A DNA stretch of 64,000 bases. Origin: Octopus sinensis (lineage: Eukaryota). The DNA is taken from positions 4,278,001 through 4,342,000 of the forward strand of contig NC_043024.1 in assembly GCF_006345805.1 (NCBI RefSeq), in the 5' to 3' direction. The notes beneath the pieces were generated by a model, which did no database searches, was not told the DNA's origin, and was given only the letters and a program-made list of their open reading frames with translations. Positions 1-11,945 of this stretch are shown piece after piece; the first letter of the stretch is position 1, and every line of letters starts with the position of its first letter. Both the position numbers and the translations under genes were made by a program.

Positions 1-74
1 AACTCTTTGACTGCTATTTCTAAATTCGGTATGTGGTAAGGCAATTCGTTGCTAAACCCTTTATTGCTTAGTAT
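1..74 (+). repeat. 74-bp direct repeat, second copy at 4376-4449
   Basis: AACTCTTTGACTGCTATTTCTAAATTCGG...TTATTGCTTAGTAT occurs at both positions with 1 mismatch; this copy may continue beyond the window edge. Confidence 0.85.
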
Positions 75-174
75 TACTTAAATTCTCCTCGAATGAGGCT
101 TTTACATGCCGAAGACTACTTGGTGTAATTGATAATTATTCCAAATTAATTAATTTCACCCTTCATTATTACGG

Positions 175-252
175 ATATACATATATACATATATATACAT
201 ATATATACATATATATATATATACATATATACATATATATTATATATATAAC

Positions 253-289
<37 letters not shown>

Positions 290-298
290 CATATATAT
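175..298. repeat. (TA)n/(TATACA)n microsatellite at the 5' flank of the RTE insertion
   Basis: Direct reading; a matching (TA)n tract resumes at 4084-4240. Confidence 0.95.
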
Positions 299-310
299 GC
301 GAATAGTCTT

Positions 311-2793
311 ATGGTCTGCAACACTAACTTCAGGAAACCAACAAGCCACCTGGTCACCTACCGATCGGGCCGGCATACTAGCCAAATCGACTACATCCTT
401 GCCAGAAAAAGGGAAAGATGGCTGCTTATAAATGCCAAAACCTTCCCAGGCGAAGAATGCACCCCACAACATAGACTGGTAGTTAGTGACTTTAGGATCA
501 GGACTAAGAGGGCGACTAGAAGACGACCAACATGGAGAAGAAGGGTCTGGAAGCTTAAAGACCCTGCGAATGGACAGAGATTTAGAGATATGTTACTTGA
601 AGCCTTTGACGAAGTTGAAGGGGGTATAGCTACACATGGGGTAGAAGACAACTGGACGTTGCTGAGGGACAACCTGCTGAAAGCCGCTGACCAGATCTGT
701 GGCTGGTGCAAAGTCCCCTTAAGTCCCAAAATAACGTGGTGGTGGAACAATATTGTTGACAGGGCTATTAGACAAAAGAAACAGGCTTGGAAGGCCTGGA
801 AGAACGGTGGTAGCAGGGAAGTGTATCAGACTGCCAGAAGGGAAGCTAGGAGACAGGTCTATCTAGCCAGAGGGGAAGCAGATAAAAGAAAATTTGCCAA
901 TGTCCTGCGCCGTGAGGATGAAAGACTTGAGGTATTTCGTGTTGCAAGACAGTGTGTGAGAGAGAATCGTGATGTGGTAGGAGAGAAATGTGTTCGCATG
1001 GAGGATGGTTCACTTGCGCTAAATGAGGATGCAAAGAGAGAAGCTTGGAGACGCCACTATGAAAGGTTGCTGCATGAGGAAAATGAATGGGATAAAGAGA
1101 GTCTGCTGAATGTTAACCCAACAGAGGGACCAGCTATCCGAGTTGATAGTTCCGTGGTAGCTAAGGCAATTAGAAGCATGAAGACAGGGAAAGCCCCAGG
1201 CCCATCAGGAATTACTGCAGAGATGCTCAAAATATCTGGTAGTGTCGGCTATAGCATAGTCACCCGTATAGTTAACCAGGTGATACACGAAGGAGTCATA
1301 CCCAATGACTGGTGTAGCAGCATAATAGTCAACTGCTACAAAGGTAAAGGCGATGCCCTAGATACAAATAACTACAGGGGCATCAAGCTGTTGGATCAGG
1401 TAATGAAGGTTACGGAGAGGGTTATAGCCCAGTTAATTAGAGAGAGAGTTAGCTTAGATGATATGCAGTTTGGGTTCGTGCCAGGGAAAAGTACTACTGA
1501 TGCTATATTCCTGGTAAGACAGCTGCAGGAGAAATACCTAGCCAAAGGTAAGCCCTTGTACCTGGCTTTTGTTGACTTAGAGAAAGCCTTTGACAGGGTC
1601 CCCCGATCCCTTATCTGGTGGTCAATGAGGAAACTGGGATAGATGAATGGTTAGTGAGAGCTGTGCGAGCCATGTACAGAGACGCAGCTAGTAAGGTGAG
1701 GGTTGGCAACGAGTACAGTGAAGAATTCCGGGTAGAGGTTGGGGTCCACCAAGGTTCAGTCCTCACCCCCCTCCTATTTATCATAGTCCTCCAGGCAATA
1801 ACGGAAGAATTTAAGACAGGATGCCCCTGGGAGCTCCTCTATGCTGATGACCTTGCTCTAATTGCTGAGTCACTATCAGAACTGGAGGAGAAGTTTCAGG
1901 TGTGGAAACAAGGATTAGAATCGAAGGGCCTTAGAATCAACCTAGCCAAAACCAAAGTCCTAATAAGTAGGAAGGTGGACCAACCACAAACGACTTCAGG
2001 TAGATGGCCCTGCTTGATCTGTAGAAAAGGTGTAGGTAGAAACTCTATAAGGTGCACCAAGTGTAAGCTATGGACACATAAGAGGTGCAGCAATGTCAAA
2101 GGTAGGCTAACTGGGAAGATAGTTTTCGTATGTGGCAGATGCTCAGGAGAAATAAACACTGGAAATGTGCAGAGACCTACTTCTACCACGTTCCAGGGAG
2201 ACAAACTAGAAGTAGTTGATAGCTTCCGCTACCTAGGAGACCAAGTTAGTAGCGGGGGTGGGTGTGCTGAAAGTGTAACTGCTAGAGTAAGAATAGCCTG
2301 AGCAAAGTTTAGAGAGCTCTTACCCCTGCTGGTGACAAAAGGCCTCTCGCTCAGAGTAAAAGGCAGACTTTATGATGCATGTGTACGTACAGCCATGCTA
2401 CATGGTAGTGAAACATGGGCCGTGACTGCTGAGGATATGCGTAAGCTCGCAAGAAATGAAGCCAGTATGCTCCGATGGATGTGTAATGTCAGTTTTCATA
2501 ATCGTCAGAGTGTAAGTACCTTGAGAGAAAAGTTGAACCTAAGAAGCGTCAGTTGTGGTGTGCAAGAGAGACGGCTGCGCTGGTATGGTCATATGACGAG
2601 AATGGCTGAAGATAGTTGTGTGCAAAAGTGCTACACCCTAGCAGTTGAGGGAACCTGTGGAAGAGGTAGACCCAGGAAAACCTGGGACAAAGTGGTGAAG
2701 CACGACCTACGAACTTTAGGTCTCACCAAGGAAATGACTAGAGACCGAGACCTATGGAAGTATGCTGTGCGTGAGAAGACCCGGCAAGACTAG
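311..2793 (+). pseudogene. RTE ORF2: end of APE endonuclease, reverse transcriptase, PHD-like Cys/His finger, C-terminal domain
   Basis: SQIDYIL and QHRLV endonuclease-end motifs; KAPGPSG, NYRGIKLL, QFGF, AFVDLEKAFDRV, GVHQGSVL, LLYADDL RT motifs; frameshift near 1620-1640 and in-frame TGA at 2299-2301. Confidence 0.92.
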
Positions 2794-3075
2794 TCAGGCC
2801 ATAACCCGTGGCCCCTACCTGGGACGTAGTCAGTCCACCTGTGCATACCTTCCTTCTTGTGACACTTGTGAAGACCTGTTGAGGCAAGTGAAAATCAAAC
2901 AAAATCAAAATAGATGAACATCAATGGAATTTGTATCATTGTGGTACCAGTGCCGGTGGCACACAAGAATACCATCCGAACGTGGCCGTAGCCAGTACCG
3001 CACCGACTGGCCTCCATGCTGTGGGCACGTAACAATCACCATCCAATCGTGGCCGATCGCCAGCCTAATCTGGCT

Positions 3076-3908
3076 CCTGTGTCGGTGGCACATAAAAAAC
3101 ACCATCCGAGCGTGGTCGTCTGCTAGCCTTGTCTGGCACATGTGTCGGTGGCACATAAAAACACCATCCGAGCGTGGCCGTTCGCCAGCCTCGTCTGGCA
3201 CCTGTGTCGGTGGCACATAAAAAACACCATCCAAGCGTGGTCGTCTGCTAGCCTTGTCTGGCACCTGTGTCGGTGGCACATAAAAACACCATCCGAGCGT
3301 GGCCATTCGCCAGCCTCGTCTGGCACCTGTGTCGGTGGCACATAAAAAACACCATCCGAGCGTGGTCGTCTGCTAGCCTTGTCTGGCACCTGTGTCGGTG
3401 GCACATAAAAACACCATCCGAGCGTGGTCGTTGCTAGCCTTGTCTGGCACCTGTGTCGGTGGCACATAAAAAACACCATCCGAGCGTGGTCGTCTGCTAG
3501 CCTTGTCTGGCACATGTGTCGGTGGCACATAAAAACACCATCCGAGCGTGGCCGTTCGCCAGCCTCGTCTGGCACCTGTGTCGGTGGCACATAAAAAACA
3601 CCATCCAAGCGTGGTCGTCTGCTAGCCTTGTCTGGCACCTGTGTCGGTGGCACATAAAAACACCATCCGAGCGTGGCCATTCGCCAGCCTCGTCTGGCAC
3701 CTGTGTCGGTGGCACATAAAAAACACCATCCGAGCGTGGTCGTCTGCTAGCCTTGTCTGGCACCTGTGTCGGTGGCACATAAAAACACCATCCGAGCGTG
3801 GTCGTCTGCTAGCCTTGTCTGGCACCTGTGTCGGTGGCACATAAAAACGCCATCCGAGCGTGGCCGTTCGCCAGCCTCGTCTGGCACCTGTGTCGGTGGC
3901 ACATAAAA
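3076..3908 (+). repeat. Tandem array of 13 full 61-63-bp units plus a partial unit, with a 374-bp higher-order repeat
   Basis: GTCGGTGGCACATAAAA starts at 3081, 3144, 3206, 3269, 3331, 3394, 3455, 3518, 3580, 3643, 3705, 3768, 3830 and 3892; variant pattern repeats every 6 units; no unique spacers. Confidence 0.95.
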
Positions 3909-4083
3909 TCACCCACTACACTCTCGGAGTGGTTGGCGTTAGGAAGGGCATCCAGCTGTAGAAACACTGCCAGATCTGACTGGCCTGGTGCAGCCTTCGG
4001 GCTCCCCAGACACCAGTTGAACCGTCCAACCCATGCTAGCATGGAAAGCGGACGTTAAATGATGATGATGATGATGATGATGA

Positions 4084-4086
4084 TAC

Positions 4087-4140
<54 letters not shown>

Positions 4141-4152
4141 ATACATATGCAT

Positions 4153-4186
<34 letters not shown>

Positions 4187-4196
4187 ATACATATAC

Positions 4197-4227
<31 letters not shown>

Positions 4228-4459
4228 CATATATATATATTCGAAACGTGCGTCCGTAGATAACTTAAAATTGTATGATAGATTGCCGTCAATTCATTCT
4301 CTCTTACCTGTTTGTGTCTGCCTTCCAATTGCTGTTTTTACTGAGATCTCCCTTTTTAGTAGAAGAAATAGCTATAACTCTTTGACTGCTATTTCTAAAT
4401 TCGGTATGTGGTAAGGCAATTCGTTGCTAAACCCGTTATTGCTTAGTATATATATATAC

Positions 4460-4536
<77 letters not shown>

Positions 4537-4545
4537 CATATATTC
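4084..4545. repeat. (TA)n-rich microsatellite tracts at 4084-4240 and 4448-4545
   Basis: Direct reading. Confidence 0.95.
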
Positions 4546-5034
4546 AAAAAGCAATAAAGATTCAAGTTAATTTAAATGAATTTACTTGAATATGGTACCT
4601 AACTTAGATGCACCAAAACAAACTATACGGTTTTAACAATACAGTAATGTGGGGTGATTATAAGCGAGAAAAAAGCAACAAGAATGGATAGGTTTTTAGT
4701 ACAATCGTTTCATACAAGGACAGGCTTTATTAAAAGTTGCAAAAATTGCAGCATATAAACGTGTCCGGTACTCATCAGCTAAAATACATGTGAGTTCTCT
4801 AGACATCCTAGTGGTTGAGGCTATACTCATGAAGTAATGTAGATAATTAAGTAACATAAACAGAATTCCAAAGTTCATTAAAGTTCTTTTGATTTACCAC
4901 AGATATGGCTTTTTACCTCTGTGCCTTTTTCTATGAATATACTTTGACTTCAGGGATTAGTTGTAACGAAAGTCTAGAACAATGTAGACAGACTGTGTCA
5001 TAAGAAACCTTGCCAAGCACGTGGCTCTGGGCTC

Positions 5035-5330
5035 GGATCTTTTCGGTTTGACCAGCAGTTTTTTAAAATAATTTCCATGTAACTAAACACTTTTAAACTT
5101 CGTATACTGGTAGAAAGTGTTTATAAAACATCTTTTTCTTTTGGCTTTATTGAGAAAATTCTATAGTTTGTAAGATATTTGTTGTTTTTTTTCTTCAATT
5201 TCAACCAATCAGTGACGTCTATTGAGGTGAAAACATTCTGTGCCGTATGAATATGTCCCTCGTTTAAGAAACAGATTGGGTTTATTTACATTTGTGAAGA
5301 AAAAAAGATACCCTTTCCCCAGTACGTAGC
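5035..5330. mobile_element. Partial MITE of the same family as 41951-42367, opposite orientation
   Basis: Begins GGATCTTTTCGGTTTGA; reverse complement of about 42060-42367. Confidence 0.75.
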
Positions 5331-5379
5331 GCAGACGAAATACCTATTTCTTTACTACCCACAAGGGGCTAAACACAGA

Positions 5380-5472
5380 TCAGACTGGAGCCTGGTGCAG
5401 CCTCCTGGCTTCCCAGACCCCAGTCGAACTGTCCAACCTATGCCAGCGGGGAAAACGGACATTAAATGATGA
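5380..5472 (+). mobile_element. RTE-type 3' end fragment
   Basis: Matches 3970-4070 and ends in GATGAT. Confidence 0.75.
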
Positions 5473-5574
5473 TAAGGATGAGATCTGACTAGTAGTAAGA
5501 GCATAGCCAGGTGTATGTGGGCATGAGTCAGGGAAAGCATTATAACTTACGTATGAGAAATAGATTGATCTGTC

Positions 5575-5742
5575 CTCCAGGATCCATACGTGCCCAACCC
5601 TCATGAGCAAGAGAATGCCATGGCAAAACTGTGCTATGGTGTGACAACTAAAATAGCTTTCCTGACTTGCTACAATATTAAATACTGGCAGAATCTCTAA
5701 GATGCTGGATTAATTGCTTAACAGCCTTTCATTCGTAAATAG
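5575..5742 (+). repeat. Third partial copy of the intronic block of the MKCM-type ZNF genes
   Basis: Aligns by eye to about 10970-11125 and 19080-19240 (GACAACTAAAATAGCTTTCCTGACTTGCTACAATATTAAATACT). Confidence 0.75.
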
Positions 5743-5920
5743 CCTCCTCAGGGGATTAGGTTGGTGAAAATTTGTGAGTGGATTTGGTAAATGACACACA
5801 TTCAATGAAATTTTTTCTATTCTAGGCAAAAGGATTGAAATTTTGGTGGAGGTGGCCATTTGCTTACGTTGAACCCAAGTACACAGCTGGTACTTAATTT
5901 ATCCACCCCGAAAGAATGAA

Positions 5921-7991
5921 ATCCCTGATGATGTCCTCAGTTGACGAACTATGTAATCTGGTTGACTGACCAGGCAGTTCCCGTTGGGCTTCCCAAAAAG
6001 AAGAAACACAAGCCCTGGGTGACGAAGAAGGTTAAGACGAGAACTTCGACTCAGAGATATTGCTTGGGCTGAATTCAAAAATCTGGATTCGACTGCAGCT
6101 TTTGAGGTGTATAAAACTCAACGAGACCGAGCCGTGAAAATTGAAAAGGAAGAACGCTTCAGATATGAATACAAAATCGCGGCAAATGCCAGTAGCAATC
6201 CAAAAACCTTCTTTGCCCATGTCCAATGGAATTCCCGCTTGAACAACCAAATTGCAACGTTGGTAGACTCAAAAGGCGTATCGATTGAGGACCCTTATCA
6301 ACAGAGTCAATTATTTGCTGAGGCTTTTTCAACTATTTTCAAACAAGATGATGGTCATGAACCCCCTCCATTTGATAGATCGGTACCACCAATGCTTCGA
6401 TTAATTATCACGCGGGACGAAGTCGAATGCGTTATTCAAGGCCTCGATGTCAACAAGGGTCACGGCTCTGACGGCATACACCCACGGGTTAACAAAGCGT
6501 TGGCTCCGGTCATCTGCGAGCCCTTAACACGTCTATTCAATATGTCATTGGCGACGGGTGTTATACCTGCGGACTGGAGAACAGCAATAATCTGCCCAAT
6601 TTTCAAGAAAGGGAGCCGCGAAGACCCGCTTAACTACCGACCGGTTTCCCTTACATCAATAATCAGCAAGATGTTCGTAACCATCCTTAAGAAAAGTATG
6701 ATGCTCCACCTCCAAAACACAGCCTCTATCTCTGATTCCCAACACGGCTTCGTGCCGAAGAGATCATGCTTGACCAACTTACTGGTAATGGAAGAATTGG
6801 TGATGCGCATCCTCAATGATAGTGATGCTGTTGACATCGTTTTATTGGACTTTGCCAAAGCTTTTGACTCGGTAAACCACCGCCTATTACTTGTCAAGCT
6901 TCAAGCATATAGTTTCCATCCAGATAGTGTATGATGGGTTGGTGCCTTCCTCTCAGATCGCTCCTTCCAAGTCCAAGTTAATGGTTCGCGGTCCGACGTC
7001 TCCAGTGAGTGCAGTGGCGTGCCTCAAGGTTCAGTGCTTGGGCCCTTATTGTTCTTAGTCTTCATAAATGACTTGCCCGACGACCTCATGCAACACACCC
7101 TTCTATTTGCCGACGATGTCAAACTGGTCGCTCCTCGCAGTGATATAGAGGATCTTTGTCGATGCCTCCACCAAATTTGGAGATGGTCTAACGAATGGGA
7201 CCTGTGTCTGAACGTGTCAAATTGCTGTCATCTGCCTGTTGGCTCTCCTCCTGCAACTCAACTTGATTTCGAGGAGGGTCGTCTGCTGCTGGAGAGGACC
7301 GATAAGGTAAAAGACCTGGGTATCTTGGTGGATTCCCCCTTTTCGCCTTCGGCCCAGTGTGTCCGTGCTGCCAACAAAGCACGCGGAATTCTGTTCTTGA
7401 TTCGATGGTCATTTGGAATGCTCACAGCAGCCATATTCCTACCGCTCTATGTCACACTGGTGAGACCCATATTGGAGTACGGGATTCAAGCCTCATCTCC
7501 TTATCTCCTCAAAGACATACAGCATCTTGAAAGAGTCCAGAAGCTGGCTACCCGCATGGTTCTTGGTCTCAAGAATTTGTCTTATGAAGAAAGGCTGCAG
7601 ACACTCGACCTTTATTCTCTAGAAAAACGACGATGCCGTGGTGATCTCATTCTTGCTCACAACATCATAAGCGGAAAGTGTAACCCCTCGAAAGAGCTAT
7701 TCTTCACTCCTGCTCCAGAGCGTCGGCTGCGGGGTCATTCCGAAAAGCTCTATCTGCGACGATTTCATCTCAATCGAAGGAGAGGGGCTTTCTCCGTCCG
7801 GGTTTCGGATCCGTGGAATAAGCTGCCAGACAAGATGGTGAAGATGCCGACGACCGCTCGGTTCAAAGTCTCCCTTGATCTCAAGTGGCCTGAACTCTTT
7901 ACATGAACACCACCCTGTACATAACTCCATGTCCCCCCTACATGGCCTTGCTTTTTGCTTTTTGAGCCAAAAAATTAACTAACTAACTAAC
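5921..7991 (+). mobile_element. 5'-truncated CR1-group LINE with near-intact RT and (TAAC)n tail, inserted in a SINE-like repeat
   Basis: ORFs 6107-6934 and 7019-7906 share a frame separated by one TGA at 6932-6934; NYRPVSLTS, QHGF, LDFAKAFDSV, GVPQGSVLGP, LFADD motifs; TAACTAACTAAC tail. Confidence 0.92.
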
Positions 7992-8250
7992 CTTGCCGAG
8001 ATTTGAACTCAGAGCGTGGCAGCAGACAAAATACCTATTTCTTTATTACCCATAAGGGGCTAAACACAGAGGGGAAAACAAGGACAGGCAAACGGATTAA
8101 GTCAATTACATCGACCCCAGTATGTAACTGGTACTTAATTTATCGACCCCGAAAGCATGAAAGGCAAAGTCGACCTCAGCGGAATATGAACTCAGAATGT
8201 AACGGCAGACGAACTACCATTAAGCATTTTACCCGATGTGCTTAGGTTTC
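7992..8250. mobile_element. Abundant SINE-like interspersed repeat; left part at about 5865-5920; related copies at about 11390-11500, 13360-13520, 21720-21900, 34090-34280 and 40180-40370
   Basis: Shared core GGTACTTAATTTATCGACCCCGAAAG...AAAGTCGACCTC...TTTGAACTCAG. Confidence 0.65.
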
Positions 8251-9412
8251 TGCCAGTTACCTGCTTGACACATTCAAAGTATTGGTTCTAAAATAGTAGG
8301 CACCAGAAATATTTGTATATTTATTCACAATACGTTGGAGGAAGATGAGAAGCAAAATATGTCAGTTGCAAGTCAAAAAGAAAAAAAAATTTCACTTTGC
8401 TATAAATACTTGATTCATCATTATTTGACATTTGTTTTCCATTCAGGCAGAGACAAAGGACCCTGTCGTACTCCTTTATTTTGAACTTGTCTCAAAAGAC
8501 AAGAGAACCTCGTTACAAATGACAAGAGGAAAAATTTTCAAAGATTAACATTTCACAAAAATTCAGAAATTTCCTGCCCCAAAGGGCGAAAATTACTGTT
8601 TGTCAACAGACAACATTTCAAATCACCGTATAGACACACAATACCAATAATAAAAAACACATACATGGAGTTCAGAGATATGTTAGTTGCTGTTGTGCAT
8701 GTCAAAGGACAAGCGCTTCACCTTGCTAAGAATACTTCCTACATCGTTTAATGTTTGTTTTCCATTCAGGCATATGTTGGATGCTTCAACCGGAGCTGAC
8801 AAAGCCATGAGCTGCACCAGTTTCCCTTGTCTGATTTGGCTTTTCTACAGCAGAATGCATTTCCTAATGTCAACCCTTTTACAAACCGACATGGTCCCCA
8901 AGGACCTTGCAAGACAAAATAGCTCAAAACTGGCAGGGAGGAAGGTAGTATTGAAGGGACGTCACCTTGTGCCAGTTGACAGGTTTAAGGTACAAAGGGA
9001 ACAGGGTCCAGATATAGTGCAAAAAAACAAGCACAAAATAAATATTTTATTCATTATTCTTTATTAAGAAATTCCTATAACTGATGAAAGGAAAAAGCCT
9101 GTGTTTTAGCAGACCAATTAGTGTTAATTATTGTTATGACTTAATAAATTTTGACATTGAGACAGTAACACATCTCTGTGAATAGCCACATGTTTATGCA
9201 TGTGGCTTTTTCGAGAGAATCATTTGCCACACATGTCACACTGACATGGCTACTCTCATGTAGGGATTCGTTCATGGACAGTTAAGTTAGGGTCTATGAG
9301 AGAATGCTTTAACACAGACATGACCATTACATAGGTTGTGTCTGGTATGAAGATTTTCGTGTGTAGTTACAACACCATTTCCAAAAAATGAATTACAACA
9401 ACTAATGCAAGG

Positions 9413-10333
9413 TTATGGCTTCTCTACTCCATGTGTATGCGTGTGTCTATTCAACTGATGCCTTTGAGAAAATGACTCACCACAAATATCACAATGATAA
9501 GATTTCTCACCAATATGAAGTCGATTGTGAGTAACCAAATGACTATTACGAGAGAATGATTTACCACAGATATCACAATGATATGGTTTCTCTCCTGTAT
9601 GTGTACGTTTGTGATCAGTCAAGTTATTGCTTTGAGAGAATGATTTACCACAGATATCACAATGATATGGTTTCTCTCCTGTATGTGTACGTATGTGATC
9701 AGTCAAGTTATTGCTTTGAGAGAATGATTTACCACAGATATCACAATGATAAGGTTTCTCTCCTGTATGTGTAAGTTTGTGCCTAGTCAATTGACTACTT
9801 TGAGAGAATGATTTACCACAGATCTCACAATGATAAGGTTTCTCACCAATATGAATGCGATTGTGAGTAACCAAATGACCATTACGAGAGAATGATTTAC
9901 CACAGATATCACACTGATATGGTTTTTCACCAGTATGAATCTTCTTATGGTTAGTTAAAACATTAGGTTCAAAGAATGATTTACCACAGATATCACAATG
10001 ATAAGGTTTCTCACCAGTATGAATGCGATTGTGAGTAACCAAATAACTATTACGAGAGAATGATTTACCACAGATATCACAATGATAAGGTTTCTCACCA
10101 GTATGAATGCGATTGTGAGTAACCAAATAACTATTACAAGAGAATGATTTACCACAGATCTCACAATGATATGGCTTCTCTCCCGTATGTGTACGTTTAT
10201 GTCTAACAATGACACTACTGTAAGAAAATGATTTTCCGCAGATATTACAGTGATATGGCTTTTCCTCTTTATCAAGATTTTCTGATTCAGTTAAATTATT
10301 CATCATGAGTGAATTACTTAGCATACACTTCAC
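9413..10333 (-). CDS. C2H2 zinc-finger protein, 306 aa, 10 tandem fingers (MKCM subfamily)
   Basis: Intact ORF with CxxC-x12-HxxxH fingers and TGEKPY linkers; polypyrimidine-TTTCAG acceptor upstream with exon start at 10600. Confidence 0.9.
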   Translation of the reverse strand: MKCMLSNSLMMNNLTESENLDKEEKPYHCNICGKSFSYSSVIVRHKRTHTGEKPYHCEICGKSFSCNSYLVTHNRIHTGEKPYHCDICGKSFSRNSYLVTHNRIHTGEKPYHCDICGKSFFEPNVLTNHKKIHTGEKPYQCDICGKSFSRNGHLVTHNRIHIGEKPYHCEICGKSFSQSSQLTRHKLTHTGEKPYHCDICGKSFSQSNNLTDHIRTHTGEKPYHCDICGKSFSQSNNLTDHKRTHTGEKPYHCDICGKSFSRNSHLVTHNRLHIGEKSYHCDICGESFSQRHQLNRHTHTHGVEKP

Positions 10334-10599
10334 AATGATAAAGTGTTTTTCATTTCCATGAATACATTTCTGTTCACTTTTGTCACTTCATTCAAATAAC
10401 AATTTAATGCAGTGTTTCTTCCATACATTCCACAGAAAGAAAAATATTTCGCTGTTCCTTGTTATAGACTGTATTTATATACAGAGGTAGACTTATTCCT
10501 GAATGCTCCTTATAAATATACAGTCTTCCTTTAGGTGATGAGAATATCAAAGACACTTCTGAATGGAGAGATTTCCTTCACGTCAACACGTTGTGATAT

Positions 10600-11690
10600 T
10601 CTGAAATAGGAAAAGAAGCAGTAAGATAAAACTGGATATTTGACCAACATAAGTAATTCAACATTACAGATTTTATATCACTACCATTGTCATGCATTTA
10701 CTGTCCATGCTTGCATAAGTAGATTGAGTTGGAAGGTGTTAGAAGCTAATGGGAGAGGAGCTAGCCAAAACGAAAATATAGTGGGCATAACATGACCAGA
10801 GTAGTGAGTTGATGCCATCCAGAATTTCACAGAGCAAAGTTGCCACAAGTGAAATGGGCTGTTTATGAAGTGATCAGAGTTAATGATAAAGAAGCATTGT
10901 TACTTGTGTGCCGCCTTTCCGCTAACTAATTAAAACTCCCACTTCTCTTCATGGGCACTGAATTGCCCTCTAGGATCCATACGTGCCCACCCTGATGGGC
11001 TGGAGAATGTCATAGCAGAACAGTGCTATGGTGTGACAACTAAAATAGCTTTCCTGACTTGCTACAATATTAAATACTGCAGAATCACTAAGATGCCGGA
11101 TTAATTGCTTAACAGCATTTCGTTTGTAAATAGCTTTGTCAAACTAGAGATAAAAGCAATCAGGAATGGGAGTGTGTCTGTGCATTGTTTATTTCTCTTT
11201 AATCATGTACACACTGTGAGGGTGAGTACGATTGATCATTTGAGCATCCAGATGCCCCTCCCACCTAACCAGGAGTCCCTTCTCTGAAGACCAGCTTGCT
11301 AGCTAGCCCACAGTGAAGGTCTCTCTTTATATTTCGTCTGTCATGAGTTGGGGCCCCAAACTTCTTTCCTTCCAAAGTATGACTTCCACTGAGGTCGACT
11401 TTCATCCTTTCGAGGTAAATAAAACAAGCAGTAGAGCACTCGAGTCACTGAAATTAACTTGTCCCCTTCCTACAAATTTCAGGTTTTGCACTTAAAAATA
11501 CAAAAAAAAAATCATTATTATTATCATCAACATTAGTATTTTATAAACCCCAAAGAGTAGAGTCGGCTCATGGAGCAAAATCCTCACTCCAAATGCATCT
11601 TACAATTTCATGAGTCCTTCATTAAAAAAGGGACAACGGTAATTATTCTCCTTCCTCCCGCAGGGGTTACGACCACTCACGGAAATGGCG
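10600..11690 (-). promoter_or_regulatory. Predicted intron 10601-11680 of the ZNF gene, with a YY1-like CGCCATTT motif at the end of a non-coding exon 1
   Basis: Minus strand reads CGCCATTTCC|GTGAGT (donor at 11680) and TTTTCCTATTTCAG| (acceptor at 10601); both splice sites are retained in the paralog (19444, 18955). Confidence 0.55.
11249..11599. mobile_element. 351-bp insertion, absent from the paralogous block, with GCATC flanking repeat
   Basis: GCATC at 11244-11248 and 11595-11599; the paralog near 19355-19375 has the empty site TTTGAGCATCTTACAA. Confidence 0.75.
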
Positions 11691-11945
11691 ACACACGTCT
11701 TTGTGAGCAGGGAGGATCTCCTCAGTAGAATCAATAGCTGCAACCACTCTGAACACCTCACAGGTTGTGTCCGGGTAGAATGGATATAATTCGCCTCTAC
11801 TCATCTATAGACAGAGATTTTCTTGTGGGGTGCTTGTAAAGACAAGAACATTACATACGTTGGTGAGACATCTAGAAGCATTGCAGGGGGATGAAATAAA
11901 AATTAGAGGCAGCATGACCACATAACCAGTCCTCCATACTCTACC

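Larger units (their letters stand above)
300..4082 (+). mobile_element. 5'-truncated RTE-clade non-LTR retrotransposon with long 3' UTR and (ATG)n tail
   Basis: ORF2 remnant 311-2793, 3' UTR tandem array, terminal segment 3905-4060 shared with short copies elsewhere in the window, (ATG)n tail about 4060-4082, (TA)n on both sides. Confidence 0.9.

Noticed and set aside
146-472. ORFs rich in YIYI or CVCV (also 3939-4554, 20211-20573, 58982-59438)
   Set aside because: They are microsatellite translations.
3076-3908. CRISPR-like regular array
   Set aside because: Units are contiguous near-identical repeats with no unique spacers, there are no cas genes, and the context is a eukaryotic LINE 3' UTR.
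2905-4058. Several 67-185 aa ORFs on both strands
   Set aside because: They are translations of the tandem repeat and LINE tail.
8687-9067. Peptide shared with ORF 17687-18037 (MVPKDLARQNSSKLAG...)
   Set aside because: It is explained by the segmental duplication of ZNF 3' flanking DNA; the N-termini are unrelated and there is no domain signal.
9556-9774. MIYHRYH-type ORFs (also 23055, 31309, 37230, 44223, 56225, 61852) and ITVISV-type ORFs
   Set aside because: They are antisense or shifted frames of the periodic ZNF arrays.
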